From positions 7,876,001 through 7,940,000 of the forward strand of contig CM075988.1 of the NCBI GenBank assembly GCA_038087875.1: DNA of 64,000 nt, written 5' to 3'. A program made the position numbers and the translations under genes. This DNA comes from Malacoraja senta. Lineage: Eukaryota. The notes under the pieces were generated by a model. That model was given only the letters and a program-made list of their open reading frames with translations. It made no database searches and had not been told where the DNA came from. Below are positions 1-12,289 of the stretch, piece by piece; position 1 is the stretch's first letter; every line of letters starts with the position of its first letter.

Positions 1-1
1 C

Positions 2-136
2 GACTCACTGGACGGGACGGACGAGGAGGAGATAGAGGAGGATGAGGAAGAGGAGGAGGAAGAGGACGACAATGGGGAAATGCAGACGACCAATGTAAAC
101 GACCTGGGCCTGGACAATAGTGACTCGCTGGACTAA
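2..136 (+). CDS. Acidic C-terminal end of an ORF entering from upstream of the window (DSLDGTDEEEIEEDEEEEEEEDDNGEMQTTNVNDLGLDNSDSLD*); host gene or transposon unknown
   Basis: Frame open from position 2 to TAA at 134-136. CpG-rich relative to the flanks. DSLD occurs at both ends. Confidence 0.35.
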   Translation, partial: DSLDGTDEEEIEEDEEEEEEEDDNGEMQTTNVNDLGLDNSDSLD

Positions 137-1209
137 GACCGCTGTGCGCACACCGTGGACGCACCGGAAGTCGAGTGTGACCAGCGTGCGGACTGCTTTT
201 TTAAAAATTAAGTAAAAGACTTTTCTCCAGAAACAGGTCACAATGATGTGACAGTCATAAGAATGAAGGCCCCTGTGTCTAAAATCTATTTTGTGATTAA
301 CTCTGTATTAATGAATGTTATTGTGAATGTATCCTTCATTTTTTCTTTTGACATTTGTTCTACACTTGTATTTTTTACTTGGCTGCTGGGGTGACTTCCA
401 CAGCCCGCCTCCCCCCCTCCCCCCCCCACGCCTCCCCCCCACATTGCCCTGGCTTTACACTTGGACTGAAGCTTTTCTTAACACTAGGGGAGGGAGGGTG
501 GGGCAAACTGGCAAGAATATTCCTCTCAGGCTCTCTCTCGCCCCCTTCGTTTCCCACTGAAATAAACTACGTTTGAAACAAAAAAATGGGTAGGAATTGG
601 TTGTTGCACTTTCACTTCTGCCCATCCTCCTCTGCACAGTATGTGCACAGGGGGCCCCTCAGACGTTTGATCTCCGGACGTTAGTTCCTGCCCAGGGATA
701 CCAACTTGGGTTGGATGCATTCCTGGAGCTTTCATCAAATGACTCGGGTCTCCGACAACTCGCCCCCAGTCAGACAGCCTTTTGACGCCCATCTTGTATA
801 CTTTTATAAATAGTAAATAAAGGCATTCAAAGAAAAGTTTAAAAAAAACATTAGTCTTTTCAATACCCTTACAACTTTTCTCCTGGCTCTTATTCGTGAC
901 TGTGTGCCGTAGGTTAATGTTTTGTTCAGTGGAATCTCCGATGTAGACGACTCTCATCCCAAAACATGACCTCATTTCAATTTAATATTTTGCTTGAAGA
1001 AAATGTTGCTGTCGCTCTTCTATATGCCGATAACGCCAAATGTTGAGACACAAGGAACTGCAGATCTGGAGTCTTGCCTAGTGCTGGAGTAACTCAGCAA
1101 ACCAGGCAGCACCTCTGGAGGACAAGGAAAGGCTTTTGAGTTGGAGCCCATCTTCCGAGTCAAATGTGGCACAACCAAAGTTTAATAAAGTTGCGAAGTG
1201 ACTTCTTGA

Positions 1210-3860
1210 TTGTTATACCCAATGCCCTGGCCATTATACCATATGCCAGTATACCACAACGCTTCTTCACCACTAATTACTTGTGTTGCTACAAGTTCCC
1301 TCTGTGTATCAATGCTATTCAAGAATCCTGCCGTTAACTATTTATGTTCCCCGTACATTCAACTTTCCAAAGTGCGACACTCACACTTGCCTGGGTTAAA
1401 CACCATCAGCTATTTCTCAGCTCATCCAACTGATCTACATCCGGCTGTATCCTTTTGACAGCATTTTTCGCTGTCTGCAATGCCACCATTTTTTGTAATG
1501 TGCAACTTCACCAATCAACCCATCAAAAGAGCTTGAAAACCCCGAAGAGGAATAGTTACCAATTGAACACTTAGGCAACTTACTAACATTAAAGATGAAT
1601 CCTTGATGATGGTCCTCTCCATTATACCAACACAGTAGGTAGGCATATGCTGCCACAAACCTGCTTTAAGGCTACTGATTGAGAGCACTCCAGGTTGTAA
1701 GTATCAGGACACTATTCCAGTGCTGCTGTTTATCTGCAGGAGTGTGGAGCTTCTGAGCAGCTGGCTGCCTCTGCATTCTCAATTCTACTCCATTTTAGTT
1801 TAGTTTATTATAGTCACATGTACCGAGGTACAGTGAAAAGCTTTTTTTCATTGCACGCTATCCAGTCAGCGAGAAGGCAATACATGATTACAATCAAGCC
1901 GTCCACAGTGTACGGACACCACTTAGGAATTATTTCCATTAGTTACTCTCCCAACCATCATAGATGTCTGCTACATAGGTTTGGTCACAGATTCTACATA
2001 CTTGTAAACCCGTGACCAAGATAACTGAGATCAGCCATACTCCAGTCTTAATTCCGACCTCCTTCTGGAAAATATACCCTCGGGAGACCAAGGCCTTCAT
2101 AAGGTTAGTGTAAAGGCTCACACTGCAACCTCTTCCTCTTCGAGTCAGAAAATCATCCTGATTCTGGCCCTGGATCAAATACAGGCTGCTGAGACTGCTC
2201 ACTGCCAGCCCAGAAAGAGAATTGGTCAGACACACAAAACCTTGGTTGGCCATCACATCCTATCTGTAATCGGGCAATCAGAACATTACACATTACTCCA
2301 AATGCAGCATAACCAAAGTTTTATAAAGTTGCTAAGTGACTTCCTCATTCTTACTCTAAATGGCCTCACCAATGAAGGGCAGTATACCATACACTTCTTA
2401 ACCACTATCCACTTGTATTGCTACTCCCATGGAGTTAGGGACTTGGATCTCAAGATCCTTCAGCACATCAATGCTCTTCAACAATCCTGCCATTAACTAT
2501 TTACTTTCCCCGAACATTCAACTTCCCAAAGTGCAAAACTCACTCTTGCCTGGGTTAAACTCCATCTGCCGTTTCTCAGCTCATATATGTAACTGATCTA
2601 CATCCGGATGTACACTATTGACAGCCTTGTTCACTGTCAGCAATGTCACCAATGTTTGTAATGCGCAACCTCACTGGTGGGTGCAATGTATTTTCATACA
2701 AATATTTTTTTCAAGTTTCCCCTCATTTTCTACTCCCTCCAGCTGGAATTCAAGCAACACTGGTATATTAAGTTGACCTCTTGATTTTTAAACAAGCTGT
2801 GAGCACAGAGAACCAAACTCTGCAGCCATGAAATTGGAATCATTAGCGCTCGCATGTTAGAAGTGCATGAAATGGCGTCACATTATCAGCGCCATTGTTT
2901 GACCTCTTTCCTCTGATGGGAAATGGCTGCCATTTAGAAAAAATAGTGCAGTGCATTGATCTGTCTAATGAGATACGAATTAGAGACTTCATTGTGTTTT
3001 GGTCACAACATTTGATGGGTTCATATTGCAAAAGTCAATAAGTTTTTGCATTTACTTTTGCATGCATGATCGATGCTTAGATCCTTTTAATTAAATGCAC
3101 CTCAATGCATCGTGCTGCAATCCCTGTCTCACTGATCACTCCTTGTCCCGTTGTTGCACAGGTTCACTTGCAGCAAGAGTCTCCCAGGCATCTTCTCCAT
3201 CACCTTTTTATGGCAATCATTGAGGTGGGTCCTTAGAACCCTGGCAACCACCCTTGTGCACAGTTCAGGACAAAAAGTAAATCACAATGATTTCCACCAA
3301 CTCCCCCAGGGAAACCTGCAATTCAATTTTAGCATAACTTTAGAACATAGAACAGTGCAGCACAGAAATAGGCTCTGCCCCACAATGTTTGTGCAGGACA
3401 TGATGCCAAGCTAAACTGATCTCATCTGCTTGTACATTGTCCATATCCCCCTATACCCTGCACTTCCCTGTCCCTATGTAAAAGCCTCTTAAATACCACT
3501 ATCAGATCTGCCTCCACCACAAGCCCTGGCAATGCGTTCCAGGCCCGTGGTACGCGCTGTGTAAAAAACTTGCCCTGATATCTCCATGAAACTTTCTACC
3601 ATTCAACTCATATCTTGCCCTCTTGGTGTTGGACATTTCCACCCCGTGAAAAAGGTTCTGACTGTCTACCCTATCTATACCTCCCCTCATTTTATATACT
3701 TCTATCATGCTAATGTTTTAAAAATGTTTGGGATAGAAAAAGTTTAGAAGGTTTACAGGCCAAACATGGCAGGTGGGACTTGGGTAGATGGGCACCTTGA
3801 TCAGCATGGACAAATTGGCTCAAATGTGGCCCCTGTTTCGTACTGTTTGACTCCATGGCC
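1210..3860. repeat. Cluster of old degraded LINE fragments, mostly CR1 (1210-1520 and 2260-2670 minus; 3345-3710 minus 3' end; 3720-3860 plus)
   Basis: Decayed CR1 RT and 3' motifs (e.g. IEVYKMRGGIDRVDSQNLF in the minus ORF 3502-3708). Boundaries approximate. Confidence 0.6.
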
Positions 3861-4822
3861 AATTTCACAATCTTTTACAAGTGACCCAAATAGCAGCAGT
3901 GCTAATTACAACTGATCGACTGACCAAAGCAGATGAAATTCAAATTTCTAGACATGCCTTCTTTTGAAATTGCCATATTTTGACCTTTATCGAAACAGAG
4001 ACGTTTTTGAATATACATCACATCGTTTTATTATAAATTATATCACAGATATCTTTCAGCATTTCAGAAATAATTGCTACATTTGTTAACAGGATAATGG
4101 ATGCTTCTATTAAAATAATTTTGCCCAGGGGAAACCATGTCCAAAGGAGGAATGGTGTAAAAATGATCAAACACTGTCTGAATAATGAATGTTTGTGTGA
4201 ATTCGTGCCTCCTTCTGCACTGCAATATCACAGATTACAAACAAAATGTTAGCCCAATCTTCCCGTACTGCTTCAGTCACCCACCCATCTTTCAGTCAAG
4301 TTCTGTCTCCTAAACTAAGTTGCAGAATGGCTCTTAAACCTCTGTCCAAGATGGTGCCAAAGTGTGCTGGTTTCAGAAGTGGATCTGCTAGCATGCATTA
4401 CAAATCGCTCCCCTGTTTTAAATCTTTATTTCAACAGCAGCATTTCTTACACTAACTATGCTCTTCTAAAATCTACTCCACCGTATTGGACTTTATCTTG
4501 CACCAAACATTAAACCCTTGTTTCTGTACACTTTGGGCAGCTTGATTGTAATCATGTATTGTCTTTTCGCTGACGCTAACACCCAACAAAAAAGCTCTTC
4601 ACTGTACCTCGGTACATGTGACAATAACAAACTAAGGCTGCAGTCCCACCACTGAGCCAAAGTTTGCAACTGGGTAACATGATTCAGATGCCAGCATAGC
4701 CAGAGGCACCATTCATTTATTTAAAGACCATTTGTTGCTCCTTTGCTCTGCTGAGGTGAGCTCTTAACTCGGAGGCAGCGTTGGAAACACTGCCACAATG
4801 GAAGACTTGCATCAACAGTGTT

Positions 4823-4876
4823 GGTGTGGGAGATTGCAACCTTCACGTGGTCCGCCCTGTTTCGACGAATGCAATC
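4823..4876 (+). ncRNA. Minimal HDV-like (CPEB3-type) self-cleaving ribozyme
   Basis: P1 GGTGTGG/CCGCCCT with G1-U wobble and one mismatch. P2 GATTGCA/TGCAATC perfect. P3 ACC/GGT. L3 TTCACGT. J1/4 GT. P4 reduced to about TTCG. J4/2 CGAA with the catalytic C at 4866. Confidence 0.85.
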
Positions 4877-4960
4877 AACCTGACGTGCACAATCAAATAA
4901 GATCAAATAGAACAAGTTGTCCTACAACTTTAGGCTGTGCAAGCCATACGCAAGAAGAAG
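4823..4960 (+). mobile_element. About 140-bp non-autonomous retroposon headed by an HDV-like ribozyme, with a CATACGC(AAG)n tail (Ingi/Vingi-like)
   Basis: Starts at ribozyme G1 and ends in CCATACGCAAGAAGAAG. Flanks share GTGTT (4818-4822 and 4967-4971), a possibly eroded TSD. Confidence 0.75.
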
Positions 4961-5149
4961 ATGAATGTGTTTTCAAAGTAAATACACAAAGTCAGGAACG
5001 GGATCTAATCCCAGGGTGTACTTTAAAACCCACAGGTCAATATTTAATCTAAACACTGCTCTCCCACAGCACCATTCCCTGCTTCTGATATTAAAGAAAG
5101 TAAAGTAAAGGTTTTAGTGGGGTTATTTAATGCATCATTGACTGAGATT

Positions 5150-5780
5150 CATAGTTATACAGCACAAAATCAGACCCTTTGGTCTAAAGCATCCACACCT
5201 AACAAGTTGCCAATTGATGCTGTTCCCATTTGCATGCATTATAACAGCCTCTACCACTTTCTTTGGCACCTCGTTCCATATACCCACCATCCTCTATTTA
5301 AAAATACCCCTTTAAATAGGTCCGTTCTCACTTTAAACCTATGCCCTCTATTTTTCAAAGGTTTCAAGGGTCTTTTATTGTCACGTGTACCAATTAAGGT
5401 ACAGTGATATGCAAATTTTAGAATGGTCTGTCCTGGGAAAAATTCTGGAACCATTCACCATCATGATTTTATAAAAGTCTATAAAATCACCCTTCCATCT
5501 CCTGGGTTACCAGGTGAAAACCTCCAACCTAATCCAGTCTCCATATAACAAGCCCTCCAGTTCCAGCAACATCCTTGTGAATCTTCTTTTAACTCTTTCC
5601 AGAGTAGTGACATCCTTCCTATAGTACGAGACTAGACCTTCACACAACAGTCCAAATGTGGTCTCACCAATACTTTGTAACATGGCGTCCCAACTCTTCT
5701 ACTCAATGCCCTGACCGTTGAAGGTAAGCAAGCCACATGTCTTCTTCACCACCCTGTCCACCTGTGTGGTCACTTTCAAA
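5150..5780 (-). repeat. Degraded CR1 LINE 3' fragment
   Basis: Minus-strand RGHRFKVR...F..RGWWVY motif and CR1 3' UTR remnants. Confidence 0.6.
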
Positions 5781-5914
5781 GAACATCCACGACTGGATTA
5801 CAAGGCAGTGAAGTCTGGGCTTCTGATTGGGTTCTATCAGGGCCACTAGGTAGCAGAATGCAACGACATCAGAATATTCACCCCAATAAATTCAACAATG
5901 ACTGGGCTAATCTT

Positions 5915-6197
5915 TACACTTTAGCCTTCAGAGATACAGCGTGGAAACAGGCCCTTAAGCCCATCAAGTCAGCGCCGACCAGCGATCACCCCGTATACTA
6001 ACATTATCATATGCACTAGGGACAATTTACAATTTTACTGAAGCTAATGAACCTTCAAACCTGTACGTCTTTGGAGTGTAGGAGGAAACCAGAGTACCCG
6101 GAGAAAACCCGCGTGGTCACGGGGTCACAGGGAGAATGTACAAACTCTGTACAGACAGCACCCGTGGTTAGCTCTGCCGATATGCCACTGTGCCGCA
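5915..6197 (-). mobile_element. tRNA-derived V-SINE (HE1-like), partially deleted
   Basis: Reverse complement has the V-domain (GAGTTTGTACATTCTCCC...GGTTTCCTCCTACACTCCAAAGAC) and the CR1-like tail GGGCCTGTTTCCACGCTGTATCTCT. Confidence 0.8.
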
Positions 6198-7114
6198 CAC
6201 TTATCTGCCTTGAAGATCGGAGAGCTTGAGCACTATTGTCTCAGGTATCTCAGTCTACACACCACCAACACCTCACCCTTCTGTCAGTTGGCTCTGAATG
6301 CTCTCATGAGGCACCACCAAACCTGAAGGAATGGAGTGTACACACGCACCTGGGTCTGTTTGATTTTACCATTGTGTACCATGTTGAAATTCTTGAGTCA
6401 GCAAGGATTTGTCAACAGGGATGATGAAGAATTATTCTCTGCTGCCTCTCCAATTAGCTAATTGCTCATTATTCATTGCAATCCTGTTTCTGATGGGCAG
6501 ATTCTGCGCACTCATCCAAGTGCACGGGCAGCAATGGTGTGTTGTGTGGATATTTGACAGGAAATGACAGTAATTGGTTTCCCATCCTGTGCTTACTCAG
6601 AAACCACGAGCTCACCATTTCCAGCAGGAATTACAAACTCAGGTGAGATTAGCAGATGACTTTTCTTTCCACCCCCCCAACGTACTGCTAATATAGATGT
6701 ATAATAAGCAGCTGATTACCTATTCATAAACCTCTCATTTCTATATCTGGGCATTTCATGGCAAAGATTAGCTGACACTTTTCCTACAGTACTGTAATGA
6801 ATTAATTGGCTGCCGTGTATATTTGGTCTAATGACTTTGAATTAGGAAAGGGGATAGATTTAACCAAAAATAAAAGAAATTATTTCCTAAATAAATGTGC
6901 ATGCTGTCACTAATTCTAGAATGATCCCACATGCTTTTATGCCATAGTCCAATATAACAGCTGCATGGAGTCATGCAGCTCAGAAACAGGCCCTTCAGGC
7001 CACTGTGTCCATGCTGGCCATCACAAGTATCGGTTTATACTAATGCCATTTACTAGCACTTGTTCTGTAGCCTTTATTGTCTTGGCAATTCAAGTGATTG
7101 TCCAGATACTTCTT

Positions 7115-7419
7115 GTGAAATTATTTTTTATTGGAGGTAGATACATATCATATTAAAATCGATACCAGTCTTACATTTTTAAATTATTAATATCGTCCAT
7201 TATTATTACAATGTCTCCAATACTTTTTTTAAATTGTTTTTAAAAACTAAATAGAACTAAAAAGATATAGATGAAATAAAGAAAGAAAGAGAAAAAAGAG
7301 AAGAAACAAGAAAAAAAAACCAAAAAAACAAAAAACAAAACAAAAAACAAAAACAAAAAAAAAAAAAAAAAAGATAATAAAGAAGAATGGAATAATTTAC
7401 GATAAAAAACTTCATTCGA
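7115..7419 (-). mobile_element. 3' UTR-only copy of the L1/Tx1-like LINE at 15262-18712, inserted in a CR1 fragment
   Basis: Reverse complement closely matches 18351-18682. Flanked by the 15-bp direct repeat GTCCAGATACTTCTT (7100-7114 and 7420-7434). Confidence 0.9.
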
Positions 7420-8504
7420 GTCCAGATACTTCTTAAATGATGCGAGAGTCTCTATCTGCTATTCCCTCAGGCTGTGCATTTCAGATTCCAATCACTCTTT
7501 CGGTGAAAATATCCTTCATTTGATCCTCTCCAAACCAACTCACCCTGATAGGGTCATAGATACCATGCCAACCAAAAATGTGCACCTAAGCTTGTTCTTA
7601 TGTTCGACCAATTTCCCTCTAAACCTTCCTATCTATGTACCTGTTTAAAAGTTGTTGTTGTACTGCCTCAACTACGTCCTCTGGCAGCTCGTTGCATATA
7701 TGTACTACCCTCTGTGTGAAAAAGGTGGTCCTATTAATCAGTCCCCTCTCACCCTAATCCTATCCCCTCTCGTTCTTGGTTGCCAAACACTGGGAAAAGG
7801 TTTCTGTGCATTCACCTTATCTTTGCCCCTCATGGTTTTATACATCCTTTAGGGTCACTCCTCAGCTCCCCGCACTCCACGGAATAAACTCCTAGCCTGC
7901 TCAACCTCTCTAGAAAATTCAGGCCCTCAGCAATTGGCAATGTTCTCGTAAGCCATCTATAAACAGCCCTGGTGAGACCCCGTTGGGAATATTGTGCACT
8001 GGTCTGGTGGACTTACCGAAGGTGGAATATACTTGCGACAGAATGAGGTTACTGGAATGGTTCCGGGAGGGGGGACATTTTTGTATGATCAGAAACTAAG
8101 GAGACTAGGTCTATACTCATTCAGGTCTGGAAGAATAAGAGGTGTAATACAAAATTCTTATGAAGCTTCACAGGGTGGGATATAGAGACACAGTAAGTGT
8201 GAGACATATAAAATAATTGATCACAGTCTCAAAATAAGGGATCAATCTTTCAACTGAGTCGGGCTAATTTCCTCTGGCAGTCTGTTTTTTGTTCCGTATT
8301 CCAGCTTCTAGCATTGCAGACTCTTATGTAACTGATTGATCAAACCCTTGCCTTTCTCTTGGGCTCTTAGACTACTCCCCTCACTGGTCAATTGAGGTTG
8401 ATCGAAATAACAATTACAATAACTTGCTTTTATTTCATGTCTTTAAAATGGCAAAATACCCCAAGTTGTAATTGGACAAACCTGAACCAATTTAATAGAT
8501 ATGT

Positions 8505-8960
8505 AGCACGTAAGCGCAGATGCTGGTTCATACTGAAGATAGACACAAAGTGCTGGAGTAACTCAGTGGGTCAGGCAGCATCTCTGGAGAAAAAGGATGG
8601 GTGGTGTTTCAGGTTTGAAGTAGGGTCCCGACCCGAAACATCATCCATCCTTTTTCTCCAGAGATGCTGCCTGACCCGCTGAGTTACTCCAGCACTTTGT
8701 GCCTATCACCAGCTTAGATTCATGAGCCAACAGTTAACCAGGTGGGGTTCTTTATTGAAATGCTTTAATGCTGCAGTAACAGCGGCTCAGTCAGCGTCTC
8801 TGGAGAAAAGGAATAGGCGTCGTTTTGGGTCGAGATGCCTCATTCAGACTCAACCCGAAATGTCACCTATTCCCTTGCTCCAGAGATGCTGCCTGACCTG
8901 CTGAGTTACTCCAGCTTTTTGTTTCTGTGTTCGGTTTCAACTGGCATCTGCAATTCCTCC
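8505..8960. repeat. Penelope-derived inverted-repeat elements with degenerate hammerhead motifs
   Basis: GACACAAAGTGCTGGAGTAACTCAG...GGCAGCATCTCTGGAG arm followed by its reverse complement, with ...GACCCGAAAC-type motifs in the centre. Confidence 0.65.
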
Positions 8961-9429
8961 CTGCACTCTGGACATAGGCCAACATATGTTGGTCTATGTT
9001 TATATTTATATAAGTTGCCAGCCGTTCGCTTTTCTGAGTTGTGAACTGTTCTGGGTACATACTCTGCTGAGGAGGGGGACTTTATGGTAACGCAGGGGAG
9101 GACCTGCAGTCGGTCATTTTAAACTAAAAACCCTGGAGCCAAAATAAGTTACGCACAGAGGTGATGAGGTTCTGCTGTGCAAAGAGTGGCCTGTCCTAGA
9201 ACGCAGTAATGTCATTTAAAATAACTTAATTAGCTGTAAAGTTATGAGGGACTATTTCATTGTTATGTCACCGGTGGAAGTTAGGATTTTGGGACAGAGT
9301 TTTTGATGAGTTTATTTTATCTAACTTGGGAGGTCGCTCTAATGAGCTCTGGGGTAGATGAGTCTGCAAGTAAGATATCTATGTGAAGGTTACAGCAACA
9401 GATGGGTGAGACAGGATGATGAATGGGAA

Positions 9430-9750
9430 TGTAGAAACAAGGAACTGAAGATGCCGGTTTACTAAAGAAGACACAGAGTGCTGGAGTAACTTAGCCTGTC
9501 AGGCAGCATCTCTGGAGAACATGGATCAGGTGAGGTTTCGGGTCTTCAGACTGATGGAGGTGCCTGACCTGAAATGTTACCTATCCATGTTCCCCAGAGA
9601 TAGACACAAAAAGCTGGTGCAACTCGGCAGGACAGGCAGCATCTCTGGAGAGAAGGAATGGGTGACGTTTTGGGTCGAGACCCTTCTTCAGACTTGGCTT
9701 TTCGTCTTCTCCAGAGATGCAGCCTGACCCGTTGAGTTCCTCCGGCACTC
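9430..9750. repeat. Penelope-derived repeat cluster with a minus-strand hammerhead-like motif at about 9661-9694
   Basis: Same arm sequence as 8505-8960. GGTGACGTTTTGGGTCGAGACCCTTCTTCAGACT reverse-complements to a CTGAAGA-stem II core. Confidence 0.65.
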
Positions 9751-10023
9751 ATTGTATTCTCTGGTGAATGGGAATACCATGATGATTCAGGGTTGGGCAT
9801 GTGGACACCATAGAACTAATCAAATCAACATTGTAATTGTTTTTCAACTGGTAGCCCTGGTATCCCACTGTCTCACCCTGAGAACGTGCTATATAAACAA
9901 TTGGCACTCTTCAATCCAGTAAAATGAGCCTCAAGCGCTATCTAGTGATGAATATTGGTACTACAGGTCGGATAACACTTTGCAAACTGGAAGGACATCA
10001 AACATTGAACAGTACAGTGGGTA

Positions 10024-11204
10024 AGTCAAGTCAAGTCAAGTCAAGTCAAGTGAGTTTATTGTCATGTGTCCCTGGTAGGACAATGAAATTCTTGCTTTGC
10101 TTGAGCACAACAGAACATAGTAGGCATTTACTACAAGGCATTCTATAAATATATACACAATGGTCAATATACTGATAAAGTGCAAATAACAGTATTGGCT
10201 AGTAAAGTTCAGTGTTATGTCCGAGCCAGGTTTAATAGCCTGATGGCTGTGGGGAAGTAGCTATTCCTGAACCTGGTCGTTGCAGTCTTCAGGCTCCTGT
10301 ACCTTCTACCTGAAGGTAGTAGGGAGATGAGTGTGTGGCCAGGATGGTGTGGGTCCTTGATGATGCTGCCAGCCTTTTTGAGGCAGCGACTGTGGTAGAT
10401 CCCCTCGATGGAAGGGAGGTCAGAGCCGATGATGGACTGGGCAGTGTTTACTACTTTTTGTAGTCTTTTCCTCTCCAGGGCACTCAAGTTGCCGAACCAA
10501 GCCACGATGCAACCGGTCAGCATGCTCTCTACTGTGCACCTGTAGAAGTTAGAGAGAGTCCTCCTTGACAAACCGACTCTCCGTAATCTTCTCAGGAAGT
10601 AGAGGCGCTGATGTGCTTTCTTAATAATGGCATCATTGTTCTCGGACCAGGAAAGATCTTCAGAGATGTGCACGCCCAGGAATTTGAAGCTCTTGACCCT
10701 TTCAACCATCGACCCGTTGATATAAACGGGACTGTGGGTCCCCATCCTACTCCTTCCAAAGTCCACAATCAGTTCCTTGGTTTTGCTGGTGTTGAGGGCC
10801 AGGTTGTTGTGCTGGCACCATATGGACAGTTGCTCGATCTCTCTTCTATACTCTGACTCATCCCCATCAGTGATACGTCCCACAACAGTGGTGTCATCAG
10901 CGAACTTGATGATGGAGTTCGCACTATGTCCGGCTACGCAGTCATGAGTATAGAGTGAGTACAGCAGGGGGCTGAGCACGCAGCCTTGAGGTGCTCCCGT
11001 GCTAATTGTTATCGAGTCTGAAACATTTCCACCAATACGAACAGACTGTGGTCTGAGAGTGAGGAAGTCGAGGATCCAACTGCAGAGGGATGCGCAGAGA
11101 CCCAGTTCTGCGAGTTTGGTAACCAGCTTGGAGGGGATGATTGTGTTAAATGCCGAGCTGTAATCGATGAATAACAGCCTGACATATGAGTTTTTGTTGT
11201 CCAA
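10024..11204 (-). mobile_element. 5'-truncated Rex1/Babar-type LINE with open RT C-terminal half
   Basis: About 330 uninterrupted codons from LDNKNSYVRLLFIDYSSAFNTI through GAPQGCVLSPLLYSLYTHDC and KFADD to the stop at 10215. (CTTGA)n tail at 10024-10050. GGGTA on both flanks. Confidence 0.9.
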
Positions 11205-11209
11205 GGGTA

Positions 11210-11720
11210 GAAAGGAATTGTAGATGTTGGTTTGTACAAAAAATAGACACAAAGTGTTGGAGTAATTCAGTGGGTCAGGCAGCATCTCTGGAGAAAAGGG
11301 ATGGATGACATTTCGGGTGGGAACTCTACAGCCCAGAAACAGGCCATTTGGCCAATAATGTCCATGGTGAACATAATGCAAAGTTAAACTAATCTCCTCT
11401 GCCTGCACATGATCCATATCCCTCCATTCCCTAACATTCCCAAAAACCTTTAGGCAGAAGAGGCAGAAATCATTCATGGTAAAAGTTCTGTATAAACAAA
11501 GCACTGCAGATACTGGTTTACAACAAAAAGGGCTCAAAGTGCAGGAGTAACTCAGCAAGTCGAGCATCATCCCTGGAGAACATGGACAGGTGACATTCTG
11601 GGTCGGTTCCCTTCCGAGACTCCAATCTAAAGAAGGATCCCGGACCGAAATGTCACCCATCCATGTTCTCCAGGGATGCTGCCTGACCAGCTGAGTTATT
11701 CTAACACTTTGTGTCTTTTT
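11210..11720. repeat. Penelope-derived inverted repeats plus a CR1 3' fragment
   Basis: Arms as at 8505. Hammerhead-like CTAAAGAAGGATCCCGGACCGAAATGTC at about 11627-11654. Confidence 0.6.
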
Positions 11721-11845
11721 TTATGGTAAAAATCCTCTTGCCTTCTCAACCATATATTTAAAAATGCTTCATTAATAGTTGGAAAGAAGAGACTTCACCT
11801 AACCTCATTCTTTCTCATTTTGTGTGTTTCTAAATCTCAATATTT

Positions 11846-12289
11846 TGCGGACAGGAAGGCACTACAACGGGTGGTGAAAACCGTGCAGCACATCATCGGT
11901 GCCCCACTCCCTGCCATGGATGCCCTCCACCGAAAACGGTGTCTGAAACGGGCTGGGAAGATCATTAAAGACCCCTCCCACCCCAACCATGGACTGTTTG
12001 CCCTCCTCCCATCAGGGAGGCGGTACAGGAGCCTCAGGTCTCGTACCAGTAGGATGAGGAACAGCTTCTACAATTATACCGTCGCATTGCTGAACTCGGA
12101 GTCCCGCCGATAGATTCCTCCGGTCCCTCCGTCCCCATTGTTAATTATTCTGTATTTTTGATTATTCTGTATCCTCTTTTTTTTTAAATTTCTATATTGC
12201 ACTACTACTACGGACTGACGCAAAACTGCATTTCGTTGTACCCATACTCAGTATTTGTGCAATGACATTAAAGTTGAATTGAATTGAAT
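11846..12289 (+). mobile_element. Rex1-type LINE 3' fragment
   Basis: DRKALQRVVKTVQHIIG...LLPSGRRYRS...* followed by a 3' UTR and (TTGAA)n tail. Confidence 0.85.

Noticed and set aside
10215..11660. 481-aa ORF as a single novel RT fusion protein
   Set aside because: The first approximately 150 aa are chance read-through of Penelope/CR1 repeat debris upstream of the Rex1 truncation point at about 11204.
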